Below are positions 39,769 through 50,372 of a stretch of 64,000 bases of DNA, piece by piece (position 1 is the stretch's first letter; the number at the start of each line of letters is the position of its first letter). This stretch comes from Firmicutes bacterium UBA3920 (lineage in GTDB: Bacteria; Bacillota; Clostridia; Caldicoprobacterales; Xylanivirgaceae), in the NCBI GenBank assembly GCA_002386065.1, contig DGES01000026.1:20587-84586 (forward strand), given 5' to 3'. The notes under the pieces were generated by a model that was given only the letters and a program-made list of their open reading frames with translations, was not told the origin of the DNA and did no database searches. The position numbers were made by a program, and so were the translations under genes.

Positions 39769-40653
39769 TTAGTCCTCATTATTCTCTATTTCCCTTAAAG
39801 TTCTTCCTTTTTCATCTAGCCACATAATTATTCCATTAGCACTAGCATATGTCACAAAACCTGCTGCAGCGGATGGGCTAGTAAAAAGAGTGTCCTCAAT
39901 CAACACCCCATCTTTAACCCTATCAGTATATTTGTTTCTCAAATTAAGTATAGTTTCTGGGCAACTTTTAGTAGGACTAACTGAAACCGATGCATCTTTA
40001 TAAACAACAAATCCTTCATTTGTCCTTCTACCCTTGGCTTCAGCTTTAGTTGTTTTCAAGACTAACAATGGCTCATCATTAATTTCAACATCTTCTTCTA
40101 CCTTATGAGTTGGCTTTTCCTCTAATGAGTCAAAAACCCTATGCCCGAATGTCCCCATAACTATTTCAGCATATTCTATAAATTCTTCTAGTTCACTCTC
40201 TTTTTCTTCAGTTACATGGCCAGAGGCTGGGTTTACATTGTTTTTAACATTATATCTTTTAGCATCTTTGGCTAAATTAAAAAATCTGTTTTCTAAATAA
40301 CTTATCTCAGTTGGTCCAAAAGAATTATTTGATGTAGTAAAAACAATTGCTTCCATCCAATAGTCTTTGTTCTCATCCCTTTTATGCTCCTGTAGACGAT
40401 AGAGAATACCTTCACCATTTTTCCTCGCTCCTGCTTGACCTATATAAACAATATTTTCTCCTGTATCATCAGATATCCCAAACAAGAAATATACTCCACT
40501 TTGTTTAAGATCTTCCCGTTCTTTACATTTATCAAGTTCTGTCCTAGGTATTTTATATGCAACTACTGTCCAGTTAGCGAGAGTGCATTTTATCCTTCCA
40601 ACAGCTGTCCCATCCATAAGAAATAAATTAATACTTTTACCACGTACCGCCAT
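39769..40653 (-). CDS. GIY-YIG-like nuclease with C-terminal DUF4357-like domain
   Basis: GVYFLFG...IVYIGQAG...LQEH...ISYLENRF (GIY-YIG pattern). C-terminal GFVVYKDASV...FTSPSAAAGFVTYASANG resembles DUF4357. SD AGAGGTGAG upstream. Ends 26 nt before the next gene. Confidence 0.78.
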   Translation of the reverse strand: MAVRGKSINLFLMDGTAVGRIKCTLANWTVVAYKIPRTELDKCKEREDLKQSGVYFLFGISDDTGENIVYIGQAGARKNGEGILYRLQEHKRDENKDYWMEAIVFTTSNNSFGPTEISYLENRFFNLAKDAKRYNVKNNVNPASGHVTEEKESELEEFIEYAEIVMGTFGHRVFDSLEEKPTHKVEEDVEINDEPLLVLKTTKAEAKGRRTNEGFVVYKDASVSVSPTKSCPETILNLRNKYTDRVKDGVLIEDTLFTSPSAAAGFVTYASANGIIMWLDEKGRTLREIENNED

Positions 40654-40731
40654 ATTTGCTCACCTCTTTATATACACTTTAAATTTATTGCTTTATATAA
40701 AATTGATGATTTAACCAATTTAGTTATTTTC

Positions 40732-41097
40732 TTAGGCATAAGAATCACTTCCTAGCGGTTTAACATTATTGGCTTCAAGCATTTCATTTATTTCATAAAT
40801 GCTATTTACAGCACACGCCCCTAATATACATTTATAAATATACCCCTCTTCCTTCATGGAGTTAAGTTTAAAATCTGACTTATCTAATAACATTTCAGCT
40901 TCGGGTACTGGCAACTTTAAACCGACACATAAGCCCAATATAGATTGTATCGAAGTGGGATATTCTTCCTCATTCCTTAAACGCTGAATAGTTCTTTCAC
41001 CTACAAGTGAAACATCAGCTAATTTTTTATTAGTCATTTTTCGTTCTTCCATAAGCATTACTAATGTTTCTGCAAATGATCCTGGATACCTACGCAT
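40732..41097 (-). CDS. XRE-like helix-turn-helix protein (likely real start inside the chimeric 286-aa ORF)
   Basis: FAETLVMLMEERKMTNKKLADVSLVGERTIQRLRNEE is an N-terminal HTH typical of small Firmicute regulators. The start (M at 41097, alternatively 41160) is uncertain because the frame is open up into the hsdM remnant. Confidence 0.45.
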   Translation of the reverse strand: MRRYPGSFAETLVMLMEERKMTNKKLADVSLVGERTIQRLRNEEEYPTSIQSILGLCVGLKLPVPEAEMLLDKSDFKLNSMKEEGYIYKCILGACAVNSIYEINEMLEANNVKPLGSDSYA

Positions 41098-41302
41098 AGC
41101 ATCAGCTTTTTTCTTTGCACTCTGTATCTGATTGAGAAGAGAAGAATTATGAGCATTCATCTCAAATGAAAACTCTACGCTTGAAGGTTGTATCTCAGCT
41201 TTTGCTAGAAAATAAGAATAATTCTTTTGATTATAATATACCGATTCATAGATATAACCTTTTTTAAATACTAAACAGCATCCATCAATATTTGCCAAAG
41301 CT

Positions 41303-41878
41303 TGATCATAGACTCTACCATTGTAAGACTCTAATATTTCAACTAACGTTCTCACTATGCTTGAAGGTGTGTAGAACTCCCCCGCTCTTCTCCCTTCTTG
41401 TTCTGCAAACATTGCTAGACAATACTCATAAGTTCTACCTAAAACATCCTTTTTATCTCTATAATCTGATAATGGGATATTCGAAAATATGTCTACTACT
41501 TCCCCCAATCTTCTCTTGTCTAATTTAGGTCTAGAGAAGTTTTTCGGCAAGATCCCTTTTAATCTGTTATTCTTTCTTTCTATTGCCACCATAGCTTTGC
41601 CTTATTTCTGGCTTGTTAGAATGTTTTGCTATATAGTCCCATCTGGCTTCCTCTGGCACATAGAATATGTTTTCTACCAAATATTCATCTCTTTCCTCCT
41701 CAAACCCTGCGCCTTCTTCTACTAGCTCTTGGTATTTCTCCTCGAAGCTATCTGATATATATTTTAAAAATATAAGTCCCAATACTACATGTTTATATTC
41801 AGAGGCATCTATATTACCTCGTAATTTATCCGCTGCCTGCCAAATTTTCTTTTCAAAACCTAAGTCTGCTGTATTCAT
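41303..41878 (-). pseudogene. hsdM: type I restriction-modification methylase (HsdM) remnant: frameshifted and 3'-truncated
   Basis: HsdM N-terminal domain (KIWQAADKLRGNIDASEYKHVVLGLIFLKYISD). The frame breaks near 41602-41604: removing one A from GAAATAAGG restores PEIGKAMVAIE. It continues as LKGILPKNFSRPKLDKRRLGE...EFYTPSSIVRTLVEIL...RVYD, then loses similarity exactly where motif I (DPACGSGG) should begin. Confidence 0.8.
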
Positions 41879-42010
41879 TGGTATGTAACCCCTCCTACTA
41901 TCCTTATTATGTGACTATAGCACTTAGCACCCTGAAATTCCAAAGAGCACTGAATGTTCATATATACCTTTAGTGAATTTATTGTATCATAGTGTGAGGT
42001 TGTATTTCAA

Positions 42011-42295
42011 TTATGGCATTAGAAAATCTGTTATATCAGCAGCACCAATTGCAAATATATATTGCAAAGTTTCAAATAGTAAACTCGTTTCTGCTATGGG
42101 AATAACTTTCCTTATAAAACTCCAATCAGGTTTTAGTATAGATATGTAAATTCCGAAGGGAACAAAAACAAGAACATTAAGATAGATTTCTGTATAATCA
42201 ATTTTATCATTAATAATAACCGACTCTGAAAAAGGTATTAAATTAACTTTTCGAATAGCATATAAAATAAACCTTATAACAGCTATTTCTGCCAT
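42011..42295 (-). CDS. VanZ-like family fragment (94 aa)
   Basis: NLIPF, NVLVFVPFG and ETLQYIF..G..DITD motifs of VanZ-like proteins. Shorter than usual and without a clear SD, so possibly a remnant. Confidence 0.5.
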   Translation of the reverse strand: MAEIAVIRFILYAIRKVNLIPFSESVIINDKIDYTEIYLNVLVFVPFGIYISILKPDWSFIRKVIPIAETSLLFETLQYIFAIGAADITDFLMP

Positions 42296-42428
42296 TATAA
42301 GGTTTGTGTTTACTACTCCAGCCGTAGGTTATGGACTTCTACCTCCTTACAGTCGGTACAAGCCTCACCAACCCTGGCAGGGGCAATACCTACAGTTCAA
42401 ACTTCACTATCGTTCGTTTCACTGGGTA

Positions 42429-43952
42429 CTACTCCCACTCAATTGTTGCAGGTGGTTTATTGGATATATCATATACCACCCTATTTACATGGTCCACTTC
42501 TGTAGTTATCCTGTGAGATACCTTCTCTAAAACGTCATAGGGAATCCTAACCCAATTTGCAGTCATGCCATCCACACTATTTACCGCTCTAAGTGCTACC
42601 GTGTAATCGTAAGTTCTTCCATCACCAGATACGCCTACACTTTTCATAGATGTAAGGACAGCAAAGTATTGCCATATTTCCCTTGCAAGACCTGCTTTTG
42701 CAATTTCTTCCCTATATATTGCATCTGCCTCCTTGAGGATATGGAGCTTTTCTTCTGTTATATCACCAATTATCCTAACAGCTAGCCCAGGTCCAGGAAA
42801 TGGCTGCCGCCAGACTATCTCCTCAGGCATTCCAAGTTCTAAACCAACTTTCCTCACTTCATCTTTAAATAGTTGTCTAAGTGGTTCTATTATACCTTTA
42901 AACTCAATATTATCAGGTAATCCGCCAACATTGTGATGACTCTTTATAATACCTTTTCGTCCTATGCCACTTTCTATGACATCAGGATATATAGTACCTT
43001 GTACTAAATAATCTACTTTACCTATTTTTAGAGCTTCTTCCTCAAATACCCTTATAAATTCTTCACCTATTATCTTTCGTTTGAGCTCAGGATCTGTCAC
43101 TCCCTTTAATCTGGAAAGAAATCTATCTTTGGCATCTACCTTTATTATATTTAAATTAAACTTCTCTTTGAAAAAATTAACTACTTCTTCTCCTTCGTTT
43201 TTTCGTAAAAGTCCATGATCTACAAATATGCATATAAGTTGATCGCCTATCGCTTTGTGCACTAAAACTGCAGCCACAGAACTATCTACACCACCTGATA
43301 AACCGCAAAGCACTTTTCCATCCCCGACTTTTTCTCTTATATCATTTATAGAACAATCTACAAAATTACTTGTAGTCCAATCATCCTTACAACCACATAT
43401 ATTGTATACAAAATTTTTTAATATTTTATCATTATCATTAACCTCCGGATGAAACTGTACTCCATATATTTGACTTTTTTTATTTTCAAATGCAATTATA
43501 GGATATTTTTCTGTATAACCTATTGCGTCAAACCCTTGAGGTAGAGATTTTATATAGTCCACATGAGCTAACCAATATCTATTTTTTCTATCTAACCCAG
43601 TAAATAATTCGCTATCTGTATCTAAATATACTGTTGATTCGCCATATTCACGATCTTCAGACCTTTTTATACATCCATCCAATAGATAGCAAATTACCTG
43701 TGCGCCATAACCGATACCCAATATGGGCACCCCTAGATTGAATATTTCATTAGAAAAATGAACAGTGTTCTCACATTCAGAGCTAATATTCCCCGATAAT
43801 ACTATTCCTTTAATATCTTCCAAATTAATTTCTTCTATCGAAGCATTATATGGTATAAGCTCACAATATACATTCATTTCTCTAATTTTTCTAGCTAATA
43901 GTTGGCTATATTCTCCTCCAAAATCCATTATTAGAATTGTCTGCCTTTTCAT
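42429..43952 (-). CDS. guaA: GMP synthase (glutamine-hydrolysing type) with degenerate glutaminase motifs
   Basis: ATP-PPase motif [11 protein letters not shown]-terminal [11 protein letters not shown] 43952 follows GAGGAGGG. The GATase nucleophile position reads GIGYGAQ rather than G-x-C-Y-G-x-Q. Confidence 0.93.
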   Translation of the reverse strand: MKRQTILIMDFGGEYSQLLARKIREMNVYCELIPYNASIEEINLEDIKGIVLSGNISSECENTVHFSNEIFNLGVPILGIGYGAQVICYLLDGCIKRSEDREYGESTVYLDTDSELFTGLDRKNRYWLAHVDYIKSLPQGFDAIGYTEKYPIIAFENKKSQIYGVQFHPEVNDNDKILKNFVYNICGCKDDWTTSNFVDCSINDIREKVGDGKVLCGLSGGVDSSVAAVLVHKAIGDQLICIFVDHGLLRKNEGEEVVNFFKEKFNLNIIKVDAKDRFLSRLKGVTDPELKRKIIGEEFIRVFEEEALKIGKVDYLVQGTIYPDVIESGIGRKGIIKSHHNVGGLPDNIEFKGIIEPLRQLFKDEVRKVGLELGMPEEIVWRQPFPGPGLAVRIIGDITEEKLHILKEADAIYREEIAKAGLAREIWQYFAVLTSMKSVGVSGDGRTYDYTVALRAVNSVDGMTANWVRIPYDVLEKVSHRITTEVDHVNRVVYDISNKPPATIEWE

Positions 43953-44015
43953 TTCATCCCTCCTCATATAATATGTTTTTAAGCTGCACATTTTGTGCAG
44001 CTTAGAAATATATAT

Positions 44016-45590
<1,575 letters not shown>

Positions 45591-45733
45591 CTACCTTACG
45601 ATAAGAATTAAAAGAGATTGTCAGTTTGTTTAATGTAGTGGATAAGAAAATAAATAATTGCAATTTATCCTTCACCATACATTATTAGTGTGTATTTTAT
45701 CAAAATAGCAGATTACTGTCAAGAATGCTGGAT

Positions 45734-45759
45734 CTTGAGTTTCTAGAAAAAAATAAAAT
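45734..45759. repeat. solo arm of the dispersed intergenic repeat
   Basis: CTTGAGTTTCTAGAAAAAAATAAAAT aligns with the arms at 10078 and 20202. Confidence 0.4.
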
Positions 45760-45934
45760 TATAGGAATCTAGCAATCAGATCGATATATGTTTTTTTACT
45801 AACTGTTTTAAATGTTAAAATCTAAAGTCATTAATTTAAAAAATTAAAAGACTATTATAAATCCATAATAAAAAATATACAAAATTTTTATTGTAAATAA
45901 TAGTAGCAAAATATAAATATCTTTTAAAATGCAA

Positions 45935-45996
45935 AGAGCCTGTAATCTAACCTTGGATAACGAAAAACGCAGAACCAAGTTTGTTTAACAGGCTCT
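45935..45996 (-). terminator. compound hairpin downstream of fabF, probable terminator
   Basis: Outer stem AGAGCCTGT/ACAGGCTCT, inner CTTGG/CCAAG. On the minus strand it is followed by TTTGCATTTT. Confidence 0.4.
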
Positions 45997-46037
45997 AAAA
46001 TTTAATATATACGTATATATTACTACCAGCTAAGATA

Positions 46038-47276
46038 TTAATCAAACCGCTTAAATAGTAAACTAGCATTTTGTCCACCAAAACCAAATGAATTGGATAT
46101 AGCATATTGTATATTTGTCTTCCTGCCATTATTAGGCACATAATCAAGGTCACAGTTGGGATCAGCAGTCTCATAGTTTATAGTGGGATGAACGTATTGA
46201 TTGACAAGTGAAAGCACAGTTGCAACGGCTTCTATACCACCGGAAGCTCCAAGCAAATGGCCTGTCATAGATTTAGTAGAGCTTATACATAATTTATATG
46301 CATGATCACCAAATACGGTCTTTATTGCCATTGTTTCAAACTCGTCATTATATGGGGTAGATGTACCATGGGCATTTATATAATCTATCATATTAGGTTC
46401 AATACCTGCATCTTGAATAGCAAGTGCCATTGCCCTAGCCGCACCTTCCCCTTCAGACGCCGGCGCAGTTATATGATAGGCATCTGCTGTAAGCCCGTAA
46501 CCAACTACTTCAGCTAATATATTTGCATCCCTCTTTATTGCATGTTCATAATCTTCTAATATAAGAATACCTGCACCTTCTCCCATGACAAATCCATCTC
46601 TATCCTTATCAAAGGGACGACTTGCACCTTTTGGATCTTCATTTCGCGTAGATAATGCCCTCATAGCACAAAAACCAGCTAAGGCAAGGGGTGTTACAGC
46701 TGCTTCGCTACCTCCAGCTACTATCACATCTGCTCTATCATCTTTTATCATCCTATAAGCTTCACCAATGGCATTAGTCGCCGACGCACAGGCCGTCACA
46801 ACCGTGGTATTCACTCCTTTAGCTTCTATGGCAATAGCTATTTGACCTGCAGCCATGTTTGATATCATCATAGGAACAAAAAATGGACTTATCCTACCTG
46901 GCCCCCTTGATATAAGTTTTTCTTTTTGTTCTTCCATAGTTTCTATACCACCAACACCAGTACCTAGCACTACACCAAGACGTTCTTTATCTATTTGTTT
47001 CATATCAAAGTTGGCTTCTTGCATTGCCATACGCGTTGCTGCCATTGCATAATGGGTATATCGATCCATACGCCTAGCATCTTTTTTATCCATATAATCT
47101 TCAGGATCAAAATTATCTACACAACCAGCAAACTTAGTTGAAAAATCAGTAATATCAAAGCGAGTTATTGTATCTATCCCACTCTTACCTTTACATAATG
47201 ATTCCCAAAACTCCAAAACAGTATTCCCCAAAGGGGATATAACACCCATTCCAGTTACTACTACCCTTCTATTCAT
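46038..47276 (-). CDS. fabF: beta-ketoacyl-ACP synthase II
   Basis: 412 aa. Active-site ACAS Cys region, HGTSTP and GHLLGASG motifs. Confidence 0.95.
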   Translation of the reverse strand: MNRRVVVTGMGVISPLGNTVLEFWESLCKGKSGIDTITRFDITDFSTKFAGCVDNFDPEDYMDKKDARRMDRYTHYAMAATRMAMQEANFDMKQIDKERLGVVLGTGVGGIETMEEQKEKLISRGPGRISPFFVPMMISNMAAGQIAIAIEAKGVNTTVVTACASATNAIGEAYRMIKDDRADVIVAGGSEAAVTPLALAGFCAMRALSTRNEDPKGASRPFDKDRDGFVMGEGAGILILEDYEHAIKRDANILAEVVGYGLTADAYHITAPASEGEGAARAMALAIQDAGIEPNMIDYINAHGTSTPYNDEFETMAIKTVFGDHAYKLCISSTKSMTGHLLGASGGIEAVATVLSLVNQYVHPTINYETADPNCDLDYVPNNGRKTNIQYAISNSFGFGGQNASLLFKRFD

Positions 47277-47404
47277 AAAAACCCTCCGAGTTTCTAATCT
47301 AGATTTAAATGGTATTTCACAGGGACTTACAACTTATCCCTGTGAAATACTTCACACCTGCTCTTAATTCAGGCCAAATTATCATAAATCCAACTATATA
47401 CTTA

Positions 47405-47638
47405 CTATGCATGATCTTTAATATAGTTGACAACGTCTCCTACTGTAGTTATCTTCTCTGCTTCTTCATCTGGAATTTCCATATCAAATTCCTCTTCTAA
47501 TGACATTATGAGTTCCACAACATCCAATGAATCAGCACCTAAATCATCGATAAAAGTAGAATCCATCTCGATTTTATCAGGCTCTATACTCAACTGATCT
47601 GCAATTATATCTCTAACCGTATCAAATATATTATCCAC
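47405..47638 (-). CDS. acpP: acyl carrier protein
   Basis: [14 protein letters not shown] phosphopantetheine site. GTG 47638 is 6 nt after GGAGGGGAGGTG and gives 77 aa. Confidence 0.9.
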   Translation of the reverse strand: MDNIFDTVRDIIADQLSIEPDKIEMDSTFIDDLGADSLDVVELIMSLEEEFDMEIPDEEAEKITTVGDVVNYIKDHA

Positions 47639-47678
47639 TTCTCTCACCTCCCCTCCAATGGGCACTATATTGATAATA

Positions 47679-48425
47679 TTATATTATCATACCACCGTCA
47701 ACGTTTATTACTTGCCCTGTTATATAGCTACTCTGATCTGATGCTAAAAACGCTACTACTTGAGCAACTTCTTCAGGCTTTCCATATCGTTTTAAAGGAA
47801 TATTCGATAATATACTCTCTTTTATTTTATCGTCTAATGTAGCTGTCATATCTGTGTCTATAAATCCTGGAGCTATTACATTTACTCTTATGCCCCTTGG
47901 AGCTAACTCCTTTGCCATAGATTTTGAAAATCCAATTATACCCGCCTTTGCAGCTGCATAATTACTTTGACCTACATTCCCCGTTATCCCTATTACAGAA
48001 GATATATTTATTATACTTCCATGACGTGCCCTCATCATATGCCGAACTACTCCTTTAGTGCAGTTAAATACTCCCTTTAAATTAGTATCAATTACATTAT
48101 CCCAATCTTCTTCCTTCATCCTAATAAGTAAAGAGTCACGTGTTATACCGGCATTATTTACTAGTATGTCTATTCCTCCAAATTCATCTAATGCCTCTTT
48201 TATCATTGCATCTACGTCTTGACTAGATGCGACATTTGCCCTTATGATAAGTCCTTCTCTTCCCATCTCATGCAACTCGTCTAATACTCCTTGGGCACCT
48301 TCTTTATCTTGGGAATAGTTTATTACAACATTAGCTCCCAGTCTTCCTAAGTGCAATGCAATCTCCCTACCTATTCCCCTTGAAGCCCCTGTCACCAGTG
48401 CCGTTTCACCCTTTAAATCCATCAT
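47679..48425 (-). CDS. fabG: 3-oxoacyl-ACP reductase
   Basis: TGASRGIG and YAAAK SDR motifs. Confidence 0.95.
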   Translation of the reverse strand: MMDLKGETALVTGASRGIGREIALHLGRLGANVVINYSQDKEGAQGVLDELHEMGREGLIIRANVASSQDVDAMIKEALDEFGGIDILVNNAGITRDSLLIRMKEEDWDNVIDTNLKGVFNCTKGVVRHMMRARHGSIINISSVIGITGNVGQSNYAAAKAGIIGFSKSMAKELAPRGIRVNVIAPGFIDTDMTATLDDKIKESILSNIPLKRYGKPEEVAQVVAFLASDQSSYITGQVINVDGGMII

Positions 48426-48426
48426 A

Positions 48427-49359
48427 TCATTCCAACTCCTTTAGTGTCTTCTCTAGGCTCTTCATATCCTCTACATTATAACCTATTACATTTCTATCTA
48501 TCCTCTTTAAGAAGTTTGTAAGAGTCTTACCCGGCCCTAGCTCTATAAATATATCAGCACCAGCCTCTATCATATATTCAATACTTTGTTGCCACCTTAC
48601 CGGATGGGTAACTTGCTTTATTAATAGTTCCCTTATATGCTCCCCACTGGTTGAAGGCTTGGCCTCTACATTAGATATAACAGGTATAACAGGATCTTTA
48701 ATTTCTATCTTATCTAACTCATCTTTTAATTTAACCGCAGCTGGCTCCAATAGTGAACAATGAAAAGGCGCACTTACAGAGAGCGGAATAGCCCTCTTAG
48801 CTCCCATATCCTTCGCAAGTTCACATGCCTTCTCAACTGCTTTAATCTGACCAGACACTACAATCTGACCTGGACAATTATAATTAGCTGCTTCCACTAT
48901 ACCTACATCTGACGCCATAACACAACATTTTTTAACTTCCTGTTCCGATAATCCTAAAATTGCAGCCATGCCTCCTTCTCCTAGAGGAACAGCTTCCTGC
49001 ATAAACTTACCCCTCTTTTGTACTAGACTAACACCATCTTTGAAAGCAATACTTTCTGCTGCTGTCAATGCACCATATTCACCTAGACTCAATCCTGCTG
49101 TCATATGAGGTCGTATCCCATTAGATTTAAGTATACTACAGGCAGCTACACCCATCATATAGACAGCCGGTTGCGTATTTTCAGTCTTTTTTAACTCATC
49201 TTCTGGCCCATTAAAACAAATGTCTACAATATCATACCCCAATATATCATTTGCCAAATCAAATAATTTCCTTACTTCGCTAAAATTTTGGTATAGATCC
49301 TTTCCCATACCCACATATTGAGCTCCTTGTCCTGCAAATAAAAATGCAATTTTCCCCAT
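48427..49359 (-). CDS. fabD: malonyl CoA-ACP transacylase
   Basis: FAGQGAQ and GLSLGEY motifs. Confidence 0.95.
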   Translation of the reverse strand: MGKIAFLFAGQGAQYVGMGKDLYQNFSEVRKLFDLANDILGYDIVDICFNGPEDELKKTENTQPAVYMMGVAACSILKSNGIRPHMTAGLSLGEYGALTAAESIAFKDGVSLVQKRGKFMQEAVPLGEGGMAAILGLSEQEVKKCCVMASDVGIVEAANYNCPGQIVVSGQIKAVEKACELAKDMGAKRAIPLSVSAPFHCSLLEPAAVKLKDELDKIEIKDPVIPVISNVEAKPSTSGEHIRELLIKQVTHPVRWQQSIEYMIEAGADIFIELGPGKTLTNFLKRIDRNVIGYNVEDMKSLEKTLKELE

Positions 49360-49376
49360 AGTTACACCTCCCTATC

Positions 49377-50372
49377 CTATTTACACCATCTGAGCATACA
49401 GGCTGCCCAGGTTAGTCCGCCACCAAATGCCACTAATACAAGTCTATCACCTTTTTTTATAGCCTTCGTTCTAGATGCCTCATCTAATGCAACAGGCACC
49501 GAAGCAGCCGACATATTTCCATATCTATCTAAATTCACATACACCTTTTCTTCTGGTAAATTCAGTCGCTTTCTAGCTCCTTCAATTATACGAATATTTG
49601 CCTGATGAGGTACTAAAAAGTCCACATCTTTTTTTGTTAACCCTGCAAGTTCTACCACTTGTTCTGAAGCCTTTGCCATAATCCTAACAGCAAATTTGAA
49701 TACCTCACTACCTTCCATCTGTACATAATGAAGACCATTTTTGACTGTTTCCAAAGATGCAGGTTTTCTAGAACCACCAGCTTCTAATAAGAGGTGTTTT
49801 CCTCCTTCCCCATCAGCACCCATACAATGGGATAAAATCCCATAACCTTCTTCTACTCTGCTCACAACTGCAGCTCCTGCCCCATCTCCAAAGAGCACAC
49901 ATGTATTCCTATCCTTCCAGTTTAAAAATTTACTCAAACACTCGGCACCGATTACAAGTATATTTTTATGTACTCCAGTCATTATAAATTGACTAGCAAC
50001 TATAAATCCATATAAAAATCCAGAACATGCAGCTTCTAAATCAAATGCTGGACAATGATCTGCCCCTAGATTTGATTGTACCAAACAAGCTGTAGACGGA
50101 AAATTCATGTCTGGAGTGACAGTTGCCACTATTATCATATCTATATCAGATGGTTCCAACCCTGCATCATCTAGTGCTCTACGTGCAGCGACAGTTGCTA
50201 AATCAGACGTAGCCGTATCTTCGTCTACCACACGCCTTTCACGTATCCCCGTCCTTGACACAATCCATTCATCTGATGTATCTACCATCTTTTCTAAATC
50301 CTTATTTGTAATTATATTTGGTGGAAGGCAACTACCTGTACCTATTATACCTGCATTATATAGTTTATTCAT
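49377..50372 (-). CDS. fabH: beta-ketoacyl-ACP synthase III
   Basis: AACSGF active-site Cys, HQAN, GNMSAAS. Confidence 0.95.
   Translation of the reverse strand: MNKLYNAGIIGTGSCLPPNIITNKDLEKMVDTSDEWIVSRTGIRERRVVDEDTATSDLATVAARRALDDAGLEPSDIDMIIVATVTPDMNFPSTACLVQSNLGADHCPAFDLEAACSGFLYGFIVASQFIMTGVHKNILVIGAECLSKFLNWKDRNTCVLFGDGAGAAVVSRVEEGYGILSHCMGADGEGGKHLLLEAGGSRKPASLETVKNGLHYVQMEGSEVFKFAVRIMAKASEQVVELAGLTKKDVDFLVPHQANIRIIEGARKRLNLPEEKVYVNLDRYGNMSAASVPVALDEASRTKAIKKGDRLVLVAFGGGLTWAACMLRWCK

Noticed and set aside
42363-42385. GGUUGGUGAGGCU on the minus strand, resembling the beginning of an M-box (Mg riboswitch)
   Set aside because: Only about 13 nt match. The remaining ~150 nt of an M-box are absent, and no Mg transporter gene follows.
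42306-42530. Two overlapping plus-strand ORFs (74 and 61 aa) spanning the guaA 3' end
   Set aside because: They run antisense into guaA, lack an SD, and their 5' parts coincide with the GC-rich structured patch.
43953-43991. 13-codon N-terminal extension of the guaA ORF
   Set aside because: ATG 43952 is preceded at ideal spacing by GAGGAGGG, and homology (ILIMDFGG) begins right after it.
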